A stretch of 64,000 nucleotides of DNA. Origin: a virus. Taxonomy: Duplodnaviria > Heunggongvirae > Uroviricota > Caudoviricetes. Under the pieces are notes generated by a model. The model was not told the DNA's origin, did not search any database, and was given only the letters and a program-made list of their open reading frames with translations. The position numbers and the translations under genes were made by a program. This document shows positions 59,522-64,000 of this stretch, one piece after another; position 1 is the first letter of the stretch, and each line of letters starts with the position of its first letter. Location of the stretch: the IMG/VR virus record IMGVR_UViG_3300037455_000543, positions 251,136-315,135 of that record; one strand, 5' to 3'.

Positions 59522-60236
59522 CCTTCTTTCCAGTCTTACCGTCTACATACTTTCCGTCGACATATTCGAGAAAGCTGTCCACGTTGTCGATATCGACACT
59601 CCAGCGTTGCTTTTCGCTTGCCATGAAGTTCTTATACCAACTTTCCTGAGTATAGTCTTTCACCTTCGGTGCAGTCTTGTAGTAACGAAGACCGTCATAG
59701 TTGAACTTTACCACAGGATTGGTATAGTCGGCGTCATTCCTCAAGGAAGGAATCCAGTTCTTCATCGGCACGAAGTTGGTAATCAGTTCATTCAAGCGGA
59801 CACAGAACAATATTTCCTGTTCAGTAATCGACTTACTCGATACAGTGTTTATGCCGTTATACCTGGCTTCGCCATGGTTAGAGATGAACATGGAAGACCA
59901 GAACCCGCGGAGTCCCTGACGTTCAGCGAAGTCCTTCGCATGACACCAGACACCAATGACCCGATTGCAACGGATTTTGTCCTTGTTTTTTGCGTTGATG
60001 AGATATCCGTCCTTTCCAGAGAACATTCCAGCCGGATTGAGCAGACCCTGCGGAGTTCCGTGTCCACACATAATCAGAGTGTCATGTTCCTTTTCAATTG
60101 CGGAAGTTACCAGTTCGACAGCATTTGCGGTTTTCTTAGTAATTTCAACAACTTTCACGTTGGGAATTCCCTTCCAGATGTAACGAAGTACAGCGGTATC
60201 GGTGTCACCCATGTTAGAGAAGATTACAGTTGCCAT
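59508..60236 (-). CDS. Putative clan CD (caspase/gingipain-like) cysteine peptidase
   Basis: LIMCGHG and VIGVWCHA His-Cys dyad after hydrophobic strands; GGAG SD before MATVIF. Confidence 0.5.
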   Translation of the reverse strand: MATVIFSNMGDTDTAVLRYIWKGIPNVKVVEITKKTANAVELVTSAIEKEHDTLIMCGHGTPQGLLNPAGMFSGKDGYLINAKNKDKIRCNRVIGVWCHAKDFAERQGLRGFWSSMFISNHGEARYNGINTVSSKSITEQEILFCVRLNELITNFVPMKNWIPSLRNDADYTNPVVKFNYDGLRYYKTAPKVKDYTQESWYKNFMASEKQRWSVDIDNVDSFLEYVDGKYVDGKTGKKVVDA

Positions 60237-60372
60237 TTTTATTGTCTCCAGTTTTATGGTTTCTAATGAACTCAAGTAATCAGGTCATTCTAATCACTCA
60301 TTCATTATACCTATAATATAGTTAAATTCTGAATGTTTGTCAATGGGGAAAGTTTAGAATTATTTCTTCAGT

Positions 60373-60918
60373 TTACTTCCATAGCTTCATGAGCTGAGAA
60401 CCCTTCAGTACTTCCACACCGTCTTCATACATCTTCACACGACACAGTGTCTTGCCGGAGTCGTAAGTCTTACGTTCACGAACTACCTCAATGGTCTTTC
60501 CGTCAATCTGACCCTTGATACTGTCCATCGTAATCGTCCATGCATCACGGTGATTTTTAATTGCCTGAGCCACGGTTGAAACCAGTGCCGGGTCCTTCTT
60601 GATCTTGGTGAACAGCTTGTTTTCCTGCAAACAGTAGAGGAGAGTGTAGAAAAGCTTCTTCTTCCAATCACCGAGGTTTACTGTCTTCCATTCTTCGCCG
60701 TTCAACTGCTTCAGGTTCGTCTTGTTAAAGTCACGACCTGTTCGAGACTTACGGGAGATGTTTTCGACCATGTAGGTATTCGTGTCTGTCTGGATAGTCC
60801 ACGTTTCCTTTTCTTCGGTCTTTTCGTGTGCGGTTACATGCCCCGACTTTGCTGCGGTGACAATCGACTTGATCGTGGCCTCACAAGTAGGAACAACATT
60901 TACATTGGGTTCTGACAT
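60373..60918 (-). CDS. Hypothetical protein
   Basis: AGGAG SD. Confidence 0.7.
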   Translation of the reverse strand: MSEPNVNVVPTCEATIKSIVTAAKSGHVTAHEKTEEKETWTIQTDTNTYMVENISRKSRTGRDFNKTNLKQLNGEEWKTVNLGDWKKKLFYTLLYCLQENKLFTKIKKDPALVSTVAQAIKNHRDAWTITMDSIKGQIDGKTIEVVRERKTYDSGKTLCRVKMYEDGVEVLKGSQLMKLWK

Positions 60919-61017
60919 AGATAGTCTCCTTAATTGAATTTTTACTTAATAAAGATAATTAAATTTGGATATTTTGTAAACCCTTTTCTTCAGACTTAAT
61001 TCATTCGGTTGGCCTTA

Positions 61018-61257
61018 TTAGATTATTACCACTTTTTGGCCATCCTCGCCTTTCTCAGCGGGAACAAACACTTCATAAGAATAATCTGTTCCGTCAAATC
61101 TGTCCCAGGTCCGTCTTGTTTCAACTACCATGGTGTCAACCTTGGGATAAAGATTTACTTTCTGATACCCGCTGCGTTCCATGTCGCTCTGGTACTGAAT
61201 GATTTCCAGCTCAGGATCAAGTTTCTGAAGCTTTTCGATAAGTTCTTTTACTTTCAT
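61018..61257 (-). CDS. Hypothetical phage protein
   Basis: MKVKELIEKLQKLDPELEI motif. Confidence 0.7.
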   Translation of the reverse strand: MKVKELIEKLQKLDPELEIIQYQSDMERSGYQKVNLYPKVDTMVVETRRTWDRFDGTDYSYEVFVPAEKGEDGQKVVII

Positions 61258-61432
61258 TGTTATTCTCCTTTTAATTGTTTAATTCTTGCCGGGATAACCT
61301 TCTTCATGTTACATTCGTCACAGCAGACACCATTCTTAATCACAGGTTCGGCATTGTTACCGTAACCATAGAACGGAAGTCCACAGAAACAGCATGTGTA
61401 TTTCAGGTTCTGTTCACTCATGATTTATCTCC

Positions 61433-61666
61433 TTATTCAATTTCTTCAATCCAGTATGAAACTCCTTCTGACTTGTCATATTTCTTTTCCCGTTTCAGAA
61501 TTCGTTCAGCATTAACCTTGTCGAATTTCTGGGCTTTAGACTTATCAGAAGTCAAATCAATTTCATTCGGACTGTAATCCTTATAATAAGAGGTATTCCA
61601 GTCATAGTCTTTCTTTTTGGCATTCCATACTCGGATTGCAATACAGATTCGATAAAGTTTATCCAT
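61433..61666 (-). CDS. Hypothetical early protein
   Basis: Promoter module upstream. Confidence 0.6.
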   Translation of the reverse strand: MDKLYRICIAIRVWNAKKKDYDWNTSYYKDYSPNEIDLTSDKSKAQKFDKVNAERILKREKKYDKSEGVSYWIEEIE

Positions 61667-61765
61667 TGTTCTCTCTCGTTTATGTCTATAATATAATAAA
61701 TTCTGGTTATTCTGTCAATACATATTTTTAGAATTTATATATCCAGTCAACATTATAAATAGTAC

Positions 61766-62554
61766 ATGAGCAGTTTTAATGACTACGTTATCGACCAAGC
61801 AGTTCAGACAGGTTGTCCCGAGGATTACCTCACTGAGAAGATGTGGTTCGACTATAAGACCCGTAACGGTAAGAAGACAAAGAAGTGGCACACCACCAGA
61901 AAGAATTACCGTATTCAGATCAATAAAAAGACAGGACAGCCGAAAGAAGTATATATCTCCCCAATGGAAAGACTCAAGAGAAAGATTGGTCAAAAGAAAG
62001 CCGCTCTCAAACGTAAGTCCAAGCAGAAGAATATCACAGCAAAACGTCTGAAGTCCTTCGGTGTTCGTCGTAAGACTGGTATGAAGTATAACACAGTAGG
62101 ACATACCAGTACGAAGAAGAAAGCAAGATCCATCAGAACGTATGACCCATACCACGAATACGGTGGATTACATCCCAATATGTACGAATCACAGTTGTTA
62201 CTGGAATTCCCACATATCGAGGTTCTTCCTGACTTCATCTGGGATTTCTATGAAGAATGTGGTAGTTCAGACGGTTCATGGTTAATGCAGTTAGTCTCAC
62301 TGTATAAAGACCACCGCATGGTTTCATTACGACAGGGCGAAGATGATGATAATAACCGTGAGTACGGAGATAACGGAGTTTATAACCTTACTCCAGGAGA
62401 ATTGGAACGAGTAACATATAACCTCTGCAGAGATACATGGTTTATCAAGTACGCGAGAGACGGGTATAAGAAACTCTCTGAAGAAAACAGGGACTTGTTC
62501 GATCTGTACGTTGACGAGCGACTACTGTATAAGATACTTGACGGATATATTTAA
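61766..62554 (+). CDS. gp68-like basic prohead core protein with acidic C-terminal domain
   Basis: SPMERLKRKIGQKKAALKRK...KRLKSF..RRKTG; TATAAATA-N4-ATG. Confidence 0.6.
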   Translation: MSSFNDYVIDQAVQTGCPEDYLTEKMWFDYKTRNGKKTKKWHTTRKNYRIQINKKTGQPKEVYISPMERLKRKIGQKKAALKRKSKQKNITAKRLKSFGVRRKTGMKYNTVGHTSTKKKARSIRTYDPYHEYGGLHPNMYESQLLLEFPHIEVLPDFIWDFYEECGSSDGSWLMQLVSLYKDHRMVSLRQGEDDDNNREYGDNGVYNLTPGELERVTYNLCRDTWFIKYARDGYKKLSEENRDLFDLYVDERLLYKILDGYI

Positions 62555-62605
62555 ATATGAAAAAGACCGGTATGAACACCGGCCTTTAATTTTTCAGGAT
62601 TTCAA

Positions 62606-62875
62606 TTAGATTTCTGTTACCTTGATCGTCGCGTCTACCTCGCCGACATATATCTTATCACCTTGTTTGACATAACCGGACTTCTTTGCCGAGGTCAGCT
62701 TGCTCTTGGCCGCACTTGGACTTACAAACTGTGTCGCCTTGGAAACATCTTCCGTCCACGTTGCCCAACCGGGTTTTGAACCCCAGTACAGTCGTTTTTC
62801 GTTGCCGAAATTACGGTTATTTTCACCGGGTTCCAGTACCAATAACCAGTAATGACCTTTTGCTTCAAATTCCAT
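62606..62875 (-). CDS. Hypothetical protein
   Basis: AGGAG SD. Confidence 0.65.
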   Translation of the reverse strand: MEFEAKGHYWLLVLEPGENNRNFGNEKRLYWGSKPGWATWTEDVSKATQFVSPSAAKSKLTSAKKSGYVKQGDKIYVGEVDATIKVTEI

Positions 62876-63048
62876 AATGCTCCTTTATGCTACAGATTCA
62901 AATTTAAAAGCTTCACTACGTTCTTTATGTTTAACAGCACGGCGAATCTTCTTACGACTGCGATTGTGTTTGGGTGTAGACGAATCATGACGATGCTGAA
63001 TACTGTCGTTTTCCAATACACCTCTTAAGAGTTTGTTATTCTGCATGA

Positions 63049-63198
63049 TTAGTCCTTAAAAGCCTGACGGTTTTCTTTCTGACGGTTGTACTTCTTCTTA
63101 GACGGAACAGTACGGGTACGGAGTGTCAAACCGTTATTACTGTTCGCAATTCGTTCCGCACGCTGACGGACAGATTCCTTTGCTTGATTGTTCTTCAT
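63049..63198 (-). CDS. Small basic protein (49 aa)
   Basis: MKNNQAKE...RTRTVPSKKKYNRQKE; GAGG SD and promoter. Confidence 0.55.
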   Translation of the reverse strand: MKNNQAKESVRQRAERIANSNNGLTLRTRTVPSKKKYNRQKENRQAFKD

Positions 63199-63281
63199 AA
63201 TAACCTCGTTGATTATATTTATAATATAGAAAAATCCAGAGTTTTCGTAAACCCTGGATATTCTGATTTTTCTTTCAGTTA

Positions 63282-63842
63282 TCAGATACTGTCAAGAATG
63301 TCTTTGAATTCATCCATTTCTCTCTGATCTTTTTCTTCTTTTGTTTCTTTCTTGACCGCAAAGTCATCAACAATCTGAATCAACTGTTCGAGTCCAGCAT
63401 CGACAAGCTCAGACATTTTCTTCTTATCGTACTGTTCATCATCCGCGACAGACTCAACCAACATCTTGAAAGCTCTGAGATGATTCTTCAGTTCCGCTGC
63501 CTCGAGTGTAGTTTTCTTTGGCTCAGGTTTTTCTTCCTTCTTCGGTGCAAGTCCGAAGTATTCAGGATCAGGACAATATCTTGGATTCGGAACACAGACG
63601 GAATGTCCTGTATTCGTCGCATCGTACCACTTGTCCACACTCTTGTTGAACTTGTCCCATGATTCAAACTGCCCAGGTCTATTATCATCAGCACTGAAGT
63701 GATCATCGTATTCGATTGCATCAGGCATGCCCAATGCACGAGTCAAAGCTCTGAATACTGGAGCCATGGTCCTATCAAGTCTGTTATTATAAAGTTTTAC
63801 TTTCTTTGGTTCTTTTTTGGTTTCTTTCTTAGTTTCACTCAT
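63282..63842 (-). CDS. Hypothetical protein, probably leaderless
   Basis: ATG 7 nt after TATATT. Confidence 0.65.
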   Translation of the reverse strand: MSETKKETKKEPKKVKLYNNRLDRTMAPVFRALTRALGMPDAIEYDDHFSADDNRPGQFESWDKFNKSVDKWYDATNTGHSVCVPNPRYCPDPEYFGLAPKKEEKPEPKKTTLEAAELKNHLRAFKMLVESVADDEQYDKKKMSELVDAGLEQLIQIVDDFAVKKETKEEKDQREMDEFKDILDSI

Positions 63843-64000
63843 GTTATATAATATAGAAAAAGCCAGAGTTATTGTAAACCCTGGTTTTAGAAATTGTTTT
63901 ATTGTGATTAGTCTTCGTCCTCGTCTTCGTAATTGTATTCAATAGCAACACGTTCGAAAACCTTCTTGTAATCATCACCCTCGACACTGAACTTGTAGAC

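Larger units (their letters stand above)
31428..63887 (-). repeat. Dispersed early promoter/leader module (at least 35 copies), often fused with a terminator hairpin
   Basis: Minus strand TT(T/G)AC(A/G)-17-TATATTATA followed by an A-rich leader and GAGG/GGAG SD, e.g. 32856, 33852, 35277, 36231, 51361, 52013, 54143. Confidence 0.85.

Noticed and set aside
59286-60266. 326-aa + strand ORF
   Set aside because: Antisense to two well-supported minus-strand genes; no promoter or RBS.
31428-63887. Recurring ~30-50 bp repeats as a CRISPR array
   Set aside because: Spacing is hundreds of bp and irregular, the intervals are genes, and the repeats are promoter/RBS modules; no cas genes seen.
1-64000. 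Stop-codon reassignment as in some large phages
   Set aside because: Long genes are intact in code 11, and TAG and TGA both end genes at sensible positions.
1-64000. tRNA or rRNA genes
   Set aside because: No cloverleaf with T-loop/D-loop signatures recognised by eye; a tRNA scan would be needed to be sure.

Overview
An AT-rich segment of a large T4-like (myovirus-type) phage genome using the standard genetic code. The host is probably a Gram-negative bacterium that uses Shine-Dalgarno (SD) signals. 1-22 kb holds core and late genes: two gp19-like tail-tube genes, a gp13-like neck gene, tandem GroES, SpoVG-like protein, ClpP, IF-1, a family B DNA polymerase and three putative ADP-ribosyltransferases. 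24.4-25.0 kb is a non-coding, repeat- and hairpin-rich locus at a GC-skew switch, and is a candidate origin or terminus. It is followed by a translationally coupled array of about 14 diverged paralogs sharing a C-terminal helix. 31-64 kb is mostly small minus-strand early cassettes with repeated terminator/promoter modules, plus a split NAD-dependent ligase and two ~940-aa paralogs. The most unusual signal concerns translation. A conserved anti-RBS/anti-start motif (UUUCAUGUUAACCUCC) sits between the stop codon and terminator of several early transcripts. Most late genes (TATAAATA-N4-ATG) and several early genes appear to be leaderless, and the phage carries its own IF-1. Together these suggest a translation-takeover or timing system. 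All protein assignments come from motif recognition by eye, not database searches.
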